Assembly (NCBI RefSeq): GCF_030028105.1
Contig: NC_092383.1
Coordinates: 81,797,921 to 81,861,920, forward strand
Source of the DNA: Mobula birostris
Lineage: Eukaryota
Reading direction: 5' to 3'
DNA length: 64,000 bases
Shown here: piece after piece, positions 1 through 12,909 of the stretch
Layout: every line of letters starts with the position of its first letter
Numbering within the stretch: position 1 is the first letter of the stretch
Notes under the pieces: generated by a model
Databases searched by the model: none
What the model saw: only the letters and a program-made list of their open reading frames with translations
What the model was told of the DNA's origin: nothing
Position numbers and translations under genes: made by a program

Positions 1-754
1 AATCGTTTCTAGTCTCTCGGTTCCTTTTAATCTGAGTGCTTTTCAAGGGATTTGCTTGAAGTTTTTGAATTATTTTTCAATTGATTTGAAGTTATTGAAT
101 TGATTTATTGATTAAGATTTCTCTCAAGATCAAAGTGTATTTTAAATTTCAAGGGACAGTCTATACCATGGATTTTGTCCTGGAAGAAACATGTAAATGC
201 TTGAACTCTAGTATGTGGTTTACTACATGACAAAATAATTTCAGTGCTTCAATATAGGAAAAGCAGCAGTAAAAATTTATCTGCTGTTAACTTTAGCACT
301 CTGAATGTTAGTGCTCTTTTCCTCAGTGTTATTATAAATAGTTTAAATATCATGAGTCAGAGTATCAACAGACCCATTCTGGCTCAATAACCTTTTTGTG
401 TAAAGGGAAGGTTGTGTAGAAGCAATGCTTGAAAAATGAGAAACTACTTGAGACTAATTAGAAATGCTAAGGAGAAAAGGGCAAAACAGTAGGTTGAGTT
501 ATAACTGTATCATCCAGTTGGTTTCTGGAATGCAACAATAAGGGCAATTATTGAGGGAAAACTTGATGTAGACATGAGCTGAGTTGTGGATGAGTAAAAG
601 ATCATGCTTTATATTTCTAATGTTTTTTCTTTCATCGGAGAGTTGTGAGCAATATATCATTCTGGAATGGAGTTAAACAGTTTGAGCAGCCACTATAAAT
701 GAATTGTTGGAGATGGCATGCAGGGTTCAAAACAAGGGATAGATTCTGTTCATT

Positions 755-1000
755 TCAGTGACCTGGGTTCATTGCTGACCTTGGCTACTGTCTGTGGAGT
801 TTGCATCTTTCTGTGACACCTGAAGAATTTCTTCTGGGTGCTCAGGTTTTGATCTGCATCTTGTCCTGGCATTTTGGTAAGTTTGGAGGATAATGACCAT
901 TTACAGAGAATAAAAATGGGATAAATGTAAGATACAGAATAACTGAGAGGTTGATTGACATGGATTGCAGGGCCAGTTTCCTTGCTAAACAAATAACTTG
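755..1000 (+). mobile_element. Degenerate V-SINE (HE1-like)
   Basis: B-box-like gggttca and V-domain-like gtctgtggagtttgcat...gggtgctcaggttt. Confidence 0.55.
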
Positions 1001-1213
1001 ATGACTTTGATGTAAAAGACAGTAGAGGAGGTATTTGATGTCCAGAATGGCCATGTGAGCGTGTTTAGAGAAAACAGTGATTTGTATTTGAAGACAGTGG
1101 GGAATATATTCCAAAAGGGTGATGTGGCCTGGGCAATGGCAGACTCATTGATTTTCCTGCATGCTGTGTTATTGAATGAAGACAATCACCAGAAGTGAAC
1201 TTGGGTTTCCAGT

Positions 1214-1350
1214 AAACAACAGGAATTCTGCAGATGCTGGAAATTCAAGCAACACACATCAAAGTTGCTGGTGAACGCAGCAGGCCAGGCAGCATCTGTA
1301 GGAAGAGGTGCAGTCGACGTTTCAGGCCGAGACCCTTCATCAGGACTAAC
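1214..1350 (-). mobile_element. 137-bp Penelope-derived terminal-repeat insert with hammerhead core
   Basis: TTTCCAGT direct repeats at 1206-1213 and 1351-1358; matches the terminal part of the longer Penelope copy at 45722-46309. Confidence 0.8.
1312..1347 (-). ncRNA. Minimal type I hammerhead ribozyme motif, intact core
   Basis: Minus strand reads AGTC CTGATGA AGG-gtctcgg-CCT GAAA CG TC GACT: stem I AGTC/GACT, stem II, GUC cleavage triplet. Confidence 0.75.
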
Positions 1351-2949
1351 TTTCCAGTGATGACCCTGCAAATCCCAGCTAAGATCTATCTGGAAAAGAT
1401 TGTTTGTCCATGATTGCATTGCTTTGTGCAAGATGTGATATGGTTTGATTTTGTATGCTTAATTTACTGTAAATGTTGGGAATCAATTAAAGGTGAATTG
1501 TTATGTTGCAATGAATTTATTATGAGAAGTGTTAGATTGGGTTGAACAAGGAAGAAGCAGAGTGCAGGATGCCAAATGATCATGCTGACATTTGGGTGCA
1601 TAAATGGAAAACACATTCAGGACTGTTAGAAAGGTGAGGTGTAGGGGGACCGAGGATTCTTGGACTGTAAATCACATCAAAGTAGAATGAAGTCCTTGTT
1701 AACTCTTAGCCATAAAATGGGTTTTGTTCTAGTTAACAAGAAGCAAAGAGGATATTTGTCCAACGGGAACAGTGAAGAGAAGAAACAAGCACGAGTGACT
1801 TGGGGGTTTGAACTAAATGAAAACTAGAAACTAGTTGCCTTTTCTTTCTGTGGTGCAGTTTAAAGGTGGTATATGGTTTGGAAAAGCCACCGCTTGAATA
1901 CTATGGGTAAATTCGGGGCATGAACAAAAGCAAATTTAAACTCAAAGTCAACTTTGAGAAATGTCAGCAACACACACAAAGTGCTGGAGCAATGCAGCAG
2001 GCCAGGCAGCATCTGTGGAAAAAAAAGTAAAGTCAACATTTGGGGCCAAAATGCTAATAATTTTGTTTATAGAACACTTTTCATAGATTTAGCTCAAAGT
2101 GCTTTACAATGGGATAAAACTGCAAGCATGAAAATAAAAATAAACATTAAAAAGTTGTTGGTTAAAAGCAAGGTTTACAAAAATTGAATTTGAGCTTGTG
2201 TTAAGTGTCAACTGGGTCTGCATCTCTAATAGTTATTGAATTCCACAGTTAGGAGCATAATTCAAAAAAAAAGCTGACCTGCAAATGATCTTTTGAGGAA
2301 GATTGTTTTGAAATGTTATGAAAAGTTTGTTAATTAAAAAAAAATGATTCTGGTAAAATGGCAATGCATTTGATTGCTGCACCTTCTACGGGGTCAACCA
2401 TGGTTGTTGTGGTCTTTTTTAATGTACTTTTTATGGTGGCAAGACCCTGCTAGACATTAAGAGCTTAAAAGCAGCATGTCTTACACCATCAGCAAGTTGC
2501 TCATTGGCGGCGAAACTGAAGGCGCTGGACTTGGTGTGTATCATGCCGCTGCTTGCATTGGAGGAGTTGGTGCTCAAAGGCGGTGTGTGCTCTAACAACG
2601 AATGATTCTCTTAGCCGCTTTTCTTGTGATCACGAGACCCTGTTGGACATTATTAATGTGGAATGCCGCAAATCTGATTGACTGATTTATTGGCAGGCAG
2701 CGGGGGAGCTGCATGGCCTTGATCGTTGCAAGGACGAGGCCTCAGTGTCACCTTGCTTACAGCTGCTCGGAAGAGAGCCGTCAGGGTCAGTGCGCTCCAC
2801 TGGAGACAGTGTGGTGCAGCGTCAAAGCGGGAGTTGGTGCTGCCCCCAAAGTATTTGCTCAGCAGAAAACAAACAATGTTATGTTCAACTGCAGATACTG
2901 CAACATTCACGGACTCAGGCCCTTGGGCTTTCTTTGTGTGACTATATAT

Positions 2950-3582
2950 TTAGATTAGATTATGAGGACACGCAGTCCTCTTTTATTGTCATTTAGTAAT
3001 GCGTGCATTAAGAAATGATACAATATTCCTCCGGTGTGATATCACAGAAACACAGGACAGACCAAGACTGAAAAACTAACAAAAACCACATAATTATAAC
3101 ATATAGTTACAACAGTGCAACAATACCATAACTTGATGAAGAACAGGCCATAATCACAGTAAAAAAAAAAGTTCAAAGTCTCTCCAAAGTCCCACATCTC
3201 ACGCAGACAGGAGAAGGAAGAAAACTCTCCCTGCCATGCCCGACCACAGTCCGACTCTGAGTCTTCTGAAAACTTAGAGCCTCCGATCAGCCCTCCGATA
3301 CCAAGTACCGAGCACCATCTCTGCCAAACACTTCGACCTCAGCTTTGGTCGCCAGCAGCAGGCAAAGCTGGGGATTTTGGGGCCTTCCCTTCGGAGAGAA
3401 TCTCGATTGCACAGTAGCAGCGGCAGCGAACCGGGCATTTCAGAAGTTTTTCTCCAGATGTTCCTCTGCTTCTCATGTCTGTCTCCATCAAATCAGAATT
3501 GTGCATGGTCCCTGCTTAACAAATACGATATCATTTCACCAGAGAGCTGCGTGCACTGCATCGCGCCGCCATCTTCTCCTCC
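2950..3582 (-). mobile_element. ~630-bp non-autonomous retroelement, copy 1
   Basis: Collinear with 57001-57670. Minus-strand 5' end GGAGGAGAAGATGGCGGCG and short (TCTAA)n tail. Interrupts an older repeat at about 2350-3740. Confidence 0.75.
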
Positions 3583-4567
3583 TGCCCCTACAGTCATGAA
3601 TGTATTGTATGTGCTATCTATCCTGTATGTGCTTTGTACTGTGTGTGACTGTTGGTCTGTGTTCTGCAGCTTGGCCTCTGAGTAATGCTGTTTTGATATC
3701 TGTATTTGTGTATGGTTGAATGGCACTTGAACTTAACTCCTGAAAGGCTTGTGGTAGAGTGGTGCAGTAGAAACATGATTGAAACTTGATGAACTCTATT
3801 CACATTTTGGAGCTGGAGTTGGTGAGTGGTGATTTTGTTTATCTATAATGAGTATTGTAACATTTTCCTGCTACTTGGGTAGATTTGGGAATTGGTGGAT
3901 GGGAGAGATTGCTGCAACGGGTATGAACTAGGTTGTAAAATTCATTAGATTTTTAACCAGATATTATGGGTGAACAGTGATCAGAAGCCAATGAGTTTAG
4001 CACTCTCTCTAAAAGAGCAGCACCAAGGACAATTTCATTGCTGCTTTTGATAATAGTGGTCCATCAGCTTGGATCATGGAGAAAGAATTTGCAATTTGGT
4101 GTTGCCATTTTCTGTGCCTTAACTACGCACTGCATTCCAGTTCATCAGGCTGAAGTTAGTCCTTCAGTTTTGAACAGTTTCATTAGCTTGTGACTGAATT
4201 CCTTTTTCTGCATCGTTTTGTGTGGTCTCTTGGAGATGCCACTGACTGCCTCCATTGTGGGAGCAGATGAAATTCATCATTCATTCCTCAGCCTCTTGTG
4301 GGCAAAGGCACAGTCAATTATGATGGAGAGTTTTTTTGAAAGAATTTTTATTAGATTACATCTTGATTAGCATCTTGTCCTTTGTAGCATGATTTTAGAT
4401 TGCAAGTGATTGGGGGTTGGGGTAGAATGACATTAAGTAAGGAATAAGCACTTAAAATTAATAGCCAAAGCTACTTTTAAATAGAAATGGCAATTATAAT
4501 ACAGAGATTTCATGCAAATGAATCCTAAATTTTGTTTGTGCCTTTGGCTCAGAATCCTAACTGTTGG

Positions 4568-4815
4568 ATCAGAATCAAGTTTATTGTCACTGACATATGT
4601 CAGAATATTTGTTTTGTTACAATAGTACAGTTCAAGACAAAAATGCAAAATTTCAATAAAAATTCAAAAAGTAGCGCAAAAGAGGAATGGTGAAGTGGTA
4701 TTCACAGATTGCTCAGAAATAGGATGGCACGGGAAGAATCTTTTCTTTATTGTGTCTTCAGGCTCCTGTATCTTCCTCCTTGATGGTTGTAATCAGAAGA
4801 GGGTTTTGCCATGGG
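4568..4815 (-). mobile_element. Rex/Babar-like LINE 3' fragment
   Basis: atcagaatcaagtttatt tail and tgtcttcaggctcctgta...gatggt motif shared with 29522-30945. Confidence 0.65.
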
Positions 4816-5929
4816 CTACCATTTGACAATGCATTATCGAAAGCGCTCCATTAAGCTTTAGTATTAGCTTTTCACTGACACAGAAAAATGGGATTTTAAG
4901 TTGTCAGAAGCCATTGATGGAAAAAATATATAGTTCTGTTGTATTTGATCAGTGGATTGTGCAGTGTTTGTGAGAGTAGAATGCTGCTCAATAGTTAGAT
5001 ATTGTGTGCAGCACATTGTGGACGAATAAGCACTGGGCAAAAATTTGATTCTATTACTGGCCCATGGCACAATGATTTTCATTTTGAAAGTGACAATTGT
5101 GATTTCAAGCTCCTGTATGTGTGAGCGGACTGAATCTTGGGGTGCAATTATTGTTTTAGAAAATGCTAATATTTGTCTGCAGTTGTAGAATGAGCTGCCT
5201 AGTTTCATTTTGGCACCCAGAAAAATTAGTGTATCAGTAGTGTCTTTCAGTTTGTAGGTATACTTTTCATAAATTGTCTACTTTCATTTTATTATACACT
5301 TGAGATATATTGATGAAAGTTGTGATTTTTGTCAAAAATCTCATTAAGAAAAAGTCATTTTAAAATAGAAATCCCTTAACTGTCATTTTGTTCAATCTAG
5401 TTAATTCAAGTTAAGACTATAAGAAATCTGGTCTTCAAGTTGAGGATTATTAGAATGTTTGTATTCAAAGTTTTGTTCCCCACAGCTCACCATTTAAGTT
5501 GTTTGTGGTTTAGCTAACAATGAGTCATTGACGTAAATACAGCTTTGTGATGAGATCTAGTAGCAACTTAATGTGGTTTGAAAGCTTGGCTGCAAATCTT
5601 CAAGGATTACCCTGGAGTTGGTGTATATGAACTTCCAACTCAGCATTGCCAAGAGCAACCTCAGGAACAATGAGAAATTTATTTGATATTTAAATGAATT
5701 GTTTCATCTAAGAGGGGAAGCATTTTTGGAGAACGTTTTAGATTTCCAAACATTAATTTCCCAAAAAAATTAAATGTTAATGAAATACAAAAATTTCTTT
5801 GAAGAAAGTAACATTGAGTAATAGACAACTTTTAAAATAAAAACTTGATTACTTTGTAGGTATATTGCCCAATGCGTGATTAAACAAACATAACAAACAG
5901 TTGCTAATGATCAATGACATTTTGAGTTG

Positions 5930-7152
5930 AATGAGCAAAGCTGATTATCTGAAACACTAATGGGTGTTGAAGCAATCAAACTGGGTGAAGGACAGCCAAA
6001 CAAAAAGGTGAGTGTGTGGCAGATGTGACAGTTTAACCTTCAGATTATCAATTCTTACAACATGACAAGAGTGAGCACAGCAACAAGACACAAGGTGGCC
6101 ATTCTGCATCAGCAAAGTCTCTCCCAAGCCGAAATTTTGTGACGCAAGAGCTTCAAATGTGCTGTCCAAGCAGTTCTGAAAGAAGCACTATGAAACGGGT
6201 AAGGTTGAACACCAGAAAAATGGTGGTTGGCCATGGAAACTGAGTTCAGCTGATGTGAGGCACATCAGACTGACTTCCCTCTAAATCGAAAGAAGTCCAG
6301 CACTGCTATCAGCTCTGAACTCACTGGAACCCAACTACACCCTACTACAGTCTGGAGAAGTCTTGTCAAAAATGGCCTTCGAGGAAGAGTTGCTGCCAAA
6401 AAGCCATTCCTCCAAAGTGGAAGCAAAGCCAAAAGACTTGCCTACACACAAAAACACAAGGACAGAACAGTGGTAGCAAGTGCTCTTGACTGATGAGTCA
6501 AACTTTGAAGATTTTGGCTCAAACAAGAGGTAGATTGTCCTTTAAAAGAGCTGGATGAGTGGATGGGTGTCTACAGCCAACATTGAAGAACAACAGAGGT
6601 TTCCTGCAGGTTTAGGGCTGAATTTCTGTAAACCGAGTGGGTGATCTAGTCAAAAATAATAGAATTTTCAATGCTGAGAAGTACAAATGCCCTCCATCAT
6701 GCAATGCCATCTGTCCCAACTTCATTCTGCAGCTGTACAATGATCCCAAACAGATGGCCAAGGTCATAAAGAATCGTCTTCAGTGAAAAGAACAGAGTTC
6801 TGCAACATATGGTATGTCCTCCACAGAGCCCTAATCTCAAAATCATTTAGGCTGTCTGGGATTACCTAGAGAGACAGAAGCCAGTGAGACAGCCAAATTC
6901 TGCAGAAGAACTGTGGCAAGTTCTCCAAGATGCTTGGAACAACCAACCAACTGATTTTAAACTGCACAACAGTGTACCAAAGAGAATTGATGTAGTGTTA
7001 AAGGCAAAGGACAGTCACACCAGGTATTGATTTGATTTAGTTTTTTTACTGTTTGCTGCTCTTGATATTTAGAAACTTTCCATTTATTATTTTTGAAAGC
7101 AACTTTGCTTACAGATTTTTTTTACATTCGTCTAAGTCTTTTACACAATGCG
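5930..7152 (+). mobile_element. Decayed Tc1-like transposon (transposase pseudogene about 6062-7030)
   Basis: Broken frames give MTRVSTATRHKVAILHQQ, GLRGRVAAKKPFL, VLLTDES, NDPK, PPQSPNL, WDYLER, VPKRIDVVLKAKDSHTRY*. Degenerate right TIR at about 7128-7152; left TIR not found. Confidence 0.88.
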
Positions 7153-7189
7153 GGTATTAATAATAAATTATTAATACACAGAGGAAAAT

Positions 7190-7995
7190 ACTGAGGTAGT
7201 GTTCATGGGCTTATGTCCATTCAGAAATCTGATGGCAGAGAGAAGGAAGCTGTTCCTGGCACGAGTGTGTCTTCAGGCTCCTTTACCACCACCTTGATGG
7301 TAGCAAAGAAAAGAGGGCATATCTTGGGTGATGAATGTCTTTAGTGATGGATCCCACCTTTTTGGGGCATTGCCTTTTGAAGATGCCCTTGATTCTGGGG
7401 AACTGATTGCTCTTGATGGAGCTGGATGAATTTACACCTTTCTTCATCCTTTTCCATTCCTGTGCAGTGGTCCCTCCATTCCAGATGTGATGCAATCAGT
7501 ATGAATGCTCTCCACAGTGGATCGGTAGAAATTTGCATGTTCTTTGGGTGACATACCAAGTTTCCACAAGTTCCTAATGGAACATAATTGCCGTTGTGCC
7601 TTCTTTGTAATTGCATAAATATGTTAGGCCTAGGATAGACTCTTAGAGACGTTGACACCCAGGAACTTGAAACTGCTCAATCTTCATTTTCTGATTTCTC
7701 TCAGGACTGGTGTGTTCCCTCAACTTCCCCTTCCTGAAGTCCCCAATCAATCCCTTGATCTGTCAGACATTGAATGTAAGGTTGTTGTTGCGACACCCCT
7801 CAACTACCTGATCTGTCTCACTCCTGTATGCCATCTGAAATTGTTCCAATTGTTGTGTTGACAGCAAACTTGTTGATGGTGTTTGAACTGTGCCTAGCCA
7901 CACCATCATGGGTGTAGAGGAAGTAGAGCAGTGGGCTGCGCACACATCCTTGAGGTGCGCTAGTGTTGATTGTCAGTGAAGAGATGTTGCCTCCG
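7190..7995 (-). mobile_element. Rex/Babar-like LINE fragment (RT to 3' end)
   Basis: Minus-strand remnants APQGCVRSPLLYFLYTHD, WC.NNNLTFNV-like and LFSLLPS. Confidence 0.8.
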
Positions 7996-8369
7996 ATGTT
8001 GGAACACAATGTAATGTTCGATGATTTCAGTTTTTAATTGCTCCTATTCATTGTTTGACCATTTAATATTGTATGACCTGACTTGGCTGAGTACTTCCAG
8101 CATTGTTATCAATAGTGAAACCAGAACACTGCAGCAGAACTAGATGGAAGATGAGGTGCTGTTTCTCAAACATGATGGGCCTGATTCTAAAAGTACAGAT
8201 GTTTCTGCTTGCTCGTTTCCCTCCTCTCCCCCCCCCCCCCCCAGTGGAGGGCATGCTCAGCCTGACCTGCTGAGTGTGCCTTCCAGCTCTGCACTTTGCA
8301 ACTCTATTCTGTCTTCTGTGTTCTCATTCTAACTGCTCCCATTTGGTCATTGACCAGGAAGAAGACATC

Positions 8370-10535
8370 TCTTCCTCTCAAATGCCACCTCCAGCTCTGC
8401 TGCATCTGCTCTTAGGATGAGGCTATTCATTCCAGAACTAAGGAGATCCTCTTCCTTCAAAAAAAGGGATTTCCCTTCCTCCACCCTCAACCTCATCTAT
8501 TTCACGCACATTTGCCCTCACTGCATCCTCCCGCCACTCCACCAGGGGTGAGGGTTCCTTTTGTCTTTACCTACCATCCCAACAGCCTCAGCAATTAACA
8601 TAATTCTCTGTGACTTGCACCATCTCCAATGGGATTCCACTGTCAAGCACACACTTCCCTCCCTCCCACCTAGCTCCACTTTCTGTTTTCCACAGGGATC
8701 ACTCCCTATGCGACTCCCTTGTCGGTTCGTCCCTCCCCTCTGGTTTCCCTCCTGGCACTTACCCTTGTAAGTGGAACAAGTGCTACACCTGCCCTTACAC
8801 CACCTCCCTCACTACCATTCAGGGCCCCAAAGAGTCCTTCCAGGTGAGATGACTCTTCGCCTGTGAGCCTGTTGGGATCATGTACTGTGTCTGGTGCTCC
8901 CGATGTGGCCTCCTCTAAAAGTGCAAAACCAACTGAAATTCTGATTGTTTTATCTTGCTTTGTTTTTTTTTAAAACTCCTATTTGTTTCAGCAAATGTTT
9001 TTGGCATCAGCCACAAATTGATGGGAATTATTTGTCCCTTGGAGGTCTTTGCACATAGTCAGGATCAACACATCCTGGCATTAAAGTCCATTGTTGTTAA
9101 CTTAATGTCAAGTCAAGCCAAGTTTATTGTCATTTCGACCATAAGCTGCTGGTACAGAACACAGTAAAAATGAAACAACATTCCACCAGGATCCTGGTGC
9201 TACATGAAAACAACACAAAACTACACTAGACTATGTGAGACAGCACAAGGCTACACTAGACTACGTAAAACAACATAAAAACTGCACTAGACTACAGACC
9301 TGCACAGGACTACATAAAGTGCACAAAACACTGCACGGCAGTACAATAATTAATAAACAAGACAATAGGCACAGTAGAGGACAAATTACAATATAATAAA
9401 TAATGTAGATGTCAGTCTAGACTCTGAGTATTGAGGAGTCTGATGGCTTGGGGGAAGAAACTATTGCACAGTCTGGTCGTGAGAGCCCGGATGCTTCGGT
9501 ACCTTTTTCCAGATGGCAGGAGGGAGAAGAGTTTGTGTGAGGGGTGCGTGTGGTCCTTCACAATACTGTTAGCTTTGCGGGTGCAGTGTGTGGTGTAAAT
9601 GTCTGTAGTAGCGGGAAGAGAGACCCCAATGATCTTCTCAACTGACCTCACTATCCGCTGCAGGGTCTTACGATCCGAGACGGTGCAATTCCCGAACCAG
9701 GCAGTGATGCAGCTGCTCAGGATGCTCTCAATACATCCTCTGTAGAATGTGCTGAGGATAGGGGTGGGAGATGGACTTTTCTCAGCCTTCACAGAAAGCA
9801 GAGACGCTGCTGGGCTTTCTTGGCTATGGAGCTGGTGTTGAGGGACCAGGTGAGATTCTCTGCCAGGTGAACACCAAAAAATTTGGTGCCCTTAATGATC
9901 TCAATGGAGGAGCCGTCAATGTTCAGCGGAGAGTGGTCACTCCGAGCACGTATCAGTCCGTCAGCGAAAACAGGATCTCCCAGCAGTCACCCATTTTAAT
10001 CCCATTTCCCAATCTGACACATCAGTCTCTGGCCTTCTCTACTGTCATGATGAGACCACACTGAGTTTGGAGGAGCAACACCTTGTATTCCATCTGGGTA
10101 GCCTCCAACCTGATGGCATGAGCATCGATTTCTCAAACTTCCGATAATGCCTCCCCTTTCCCCATTCCCCATTCCCCATTCCCATTTACCTCTCCTTCCT
10201 TATCTCCTTGCCTGTTCATCACCTCCTTCTGGTGCTCCTCCCTCTTTTCTTTCTTCCATGGACTTTCTGTCCTCTCCCATCAGATTCCCCCTTCTCTAGC
10301 CCTGTATCTCTTTCACCAATCAACTTCCCAGCTCTTTACTTCACACCCTTTCCCTTCCTGGTTTCACCTATTATCTTGTGGTTCTTCCTCCCCTCCTCCC
10401 ACCTTCTTTCTGACTCCTTATTTTTTTTTTTCTTCTTCTTGTCCTAATGAAGGGTCTCGGCCCGAAACATTGACTGTAGTCTTTTTCATAGATGCTGCCT
10501 GACCTGAGTTCCTCCAGCATTTTGTGTGTGTTGCT
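8370..10535 (+). mobile_element. Penelope-like element remnant, interrupted at about 8918-9937
   Basis: PGTYPCKWNKCYTCPYT...QGPKESFQVR and YCVWCSRCGLL (GIY-YIG region). Resumes near 9940 with LEEQHLVFHLGSLQPDGMSIDFS, a pyrimidine tract and a terminal repeat with a mutated hammerhead at 10441-10475. Confidence 0.8.
9108..9937 (-). mobile_element. Rex/Babar-like LINE 3' portion, relatively young
   Basis: ORF 9412-9792 FYRGCIESILSSCITAWFG...LFSLLPSGKRYRS...SFFPQAIRLLN; (TTGAC)n tail; three ~33-bp ctacactagacta repeats at about 9215-9300. Confidence 0.85.
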
Positions 10536-10539
10536 TTCA

Positions 10540-11850
10540 TTTAAGGACTAAACCCACATCCTCAGCATCAAAACAAATTGTCCCTCCCCTGCTCTTTATC
10601 CTTGAGTGGTCCTACTCTCCCTAGTTAACCTTGCTACTCTGCCTAGTTGATCTTGATGTACAGTAAATTTAGAATGCCTTGGGATTCTTTTGAACTCTAC
10701 TTGCCAAGAACTTTTAATGGCCCTTCCTGGCTTTCCTAATTCCCTTCTTGAGTTCTTTTCTGGCTTCCTTATAATCCTCAAGTGCTCTGTTTGATTCTGT
10801 CTTCCTAAGCTTTATATACTTTTCCTTTTTCTCCTAGACTGTTCATCGGCTCTCTTGACATCCAAGATTCTCTTATCTTGCGATCCTGTCCTTTCCCTGC
10901 CCTGCTTCAATTTGATACACTCCTGTAAGATCCATACTTGACCTTATTTCTGTAGCTATATTAAAGCTTGGGGTGTTGTGGTCACTGTTCCCTAACTGCT
11001 CGCCCACTAAGGTCAGTCATCTGGCCAGGCTCATTATCCAACACTAGATCCAGTGCAACCCCTCTTCTTGTTGGACTATCTACACCAGGGGTCAGCAACC
11101 TTTTTGCCTCTGTGGGCTGGATCGCCTATTAATGAGTGGACAGTGGGCCAGATAAATGCCCAAAAAACACTTGAAATTTGGGAATTATCCATCTAAATGC
11201 ATCTAGTTATGTTTTGCCTCAAATTAATGAATAGAGCATGCTAGAAAATCATTTGTGCTTAAGGTTGCCTACCCCTGATCTACACATTGATTTGAGAAAA
11301 CCTCCTGGATGCTCCAAACAAATTTTGCCCATCTGAACCTCTTGCACTTAAAATGTTCCAGTTTATATTGGGATGGCTATTTTTTTTGGGGGGGGGGTCT
11401 GTAGTGAAATCTCATCAGAGTGATTACACCCTTTTTTTTAAAGTTCTACCTATGTAAATTCAGTGGATGAGCCCTCCATTATGTCCCCTCTGAATGCAGC
11501 TGTGATATTGTCTCTGATTAGTAGTACAACTCCCCTGCCTCTTTTCCCCTCTGTCTTCTTTGAAGCATCAAAATCCTGGGACATTAAGCACCCATTCCTG
11601 TCTTTCTCTCAATCAAATCTCTGTAATGGCCACAGCATAGTTCCATGTACTGATCCATGCTCTAAGTTCATCAACTTTACCTACAATGCTCCTTGCATTA
11701 AAATATACACATTTCAAGCTATCTGTCCCATCATAATGTATTAATTTGTCTTGCCTGCTTTACTGGTCTTGACATTTACCTTCCCCTCCATCCATCTGCT
11801 CTCTGACCTGGTGCCCTGGTTCCCATCCCCTCCCAAACTAGTTGAAAGCT
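10540..11850 (-). mobile_element. Degenerate CR1 LINE fragments
   Basis: ORF 10596-10781 and neighbouring sequence resemble the CR1 ORF2 endonuclease/linker region (RIKRIPRH-like, ggtcactgttcc). Confidence 0.6.
11086..11277. mobile_element. hAT-type MITE, 192 bp
   Basis: 17-bp TIR CAGGGGTCAGCAACCTT / AAGGTTGCCTACCCCTG; perfect 8-bp TSD ATCTACAC at 11078-11085 and 11278-11285. Confidence 0.92.
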
Positions 11851-12909
11851 AGTTTGAAAGAGCTAAGTGAGGTCTCTGTGAATGTACAGCCAATTTTATT
11901 TACTCAGCCAGGATTTTAACAAGGAGCTTAAATCTTCCTGGTTTAAGATTCACCAGGAGGAAATGAAAAGACTTTTTGATATAACATTGAAACCTCTTTG
12001 AAATGTTCTCCTGGAAATGTGCTGCTCTTGTACGCAAAATCAATAATAAAATTGGCTAGTGGTTTGTAAGTAAAAGCAAGAAGTCAATGAAACAGCTGGT
12101 TCTTCCTTTCTTCTCTTTCCCCTCTCAACTGCATCCCCTACCCCTTGAGTTACTTACTTTGTTATTGAGTTGCAGAGTGTAAATGCAAAGACAAAAATAA
12201 CCAGTTTAGAGTGGCTATTTCCTCTTCCACCCTCATCAAATAATCACATTAAGGTACTTTAATTTGGTCACTATTGTATCCTACCTAGGATCCAGGTTTG
12301 TTTTTTTTAAAAATTTTGCTCCCCTCATTAAGATTGACCACTTGGTTTGTAGGGGAGTTAGGCCATTGGCTGAGGGTTGATAGTACATGGCCATGTAAAC
12401 TTGAGTGTGGCAGCATAGGAGCAGAATGGATTGGTTCCTTAATTCCAGCTGCAGGTTCAGATAAAGAGGCAAAAAACCTCTTGATCTTTTCATTTGGTCA
12501 ACATCAGCACAAAAACTCATAGGAACATAAGGCCTAGAAGGTTGTGTGAAATGTCAGGTACTCTTAAATATGTTCTTAAATTCTACATTTTCCAATTGAT
12601 TTATTGGAGAACTGGATGAGATCACTTTTATTACCTAATTTTGTGATTATTATGAATTTTCATTGTCAAGTTGCCACTGCGATTTTGAGACCTCAGTCCT
12701 GTCTGTCTTTGTACAAATAGATTTGATTTCAAACTGTAAGCTCCTGTGGTTTATTTGGCTCTTTTTTTGGGGGGGGGGCACTGTAAATGCAGATTATAAT
12801 TTCAAAGGAAGTTTATGCACATATCTGGACAACTCTGGGTTCAAGATCATGAAGATTTTATTAATGCAGCAACTTAAGTTCCAAAAACCCATAACAATAA
12901 TGACTTGTA

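Noticed and set aside
9215-9300. Spaced ~33-bp repeats resembling a CRISPR-like array
   Set aside because: Three imperfect tandem units in a LINE 3'UTR of a eukaryote, with no unique spacers or cas genes.
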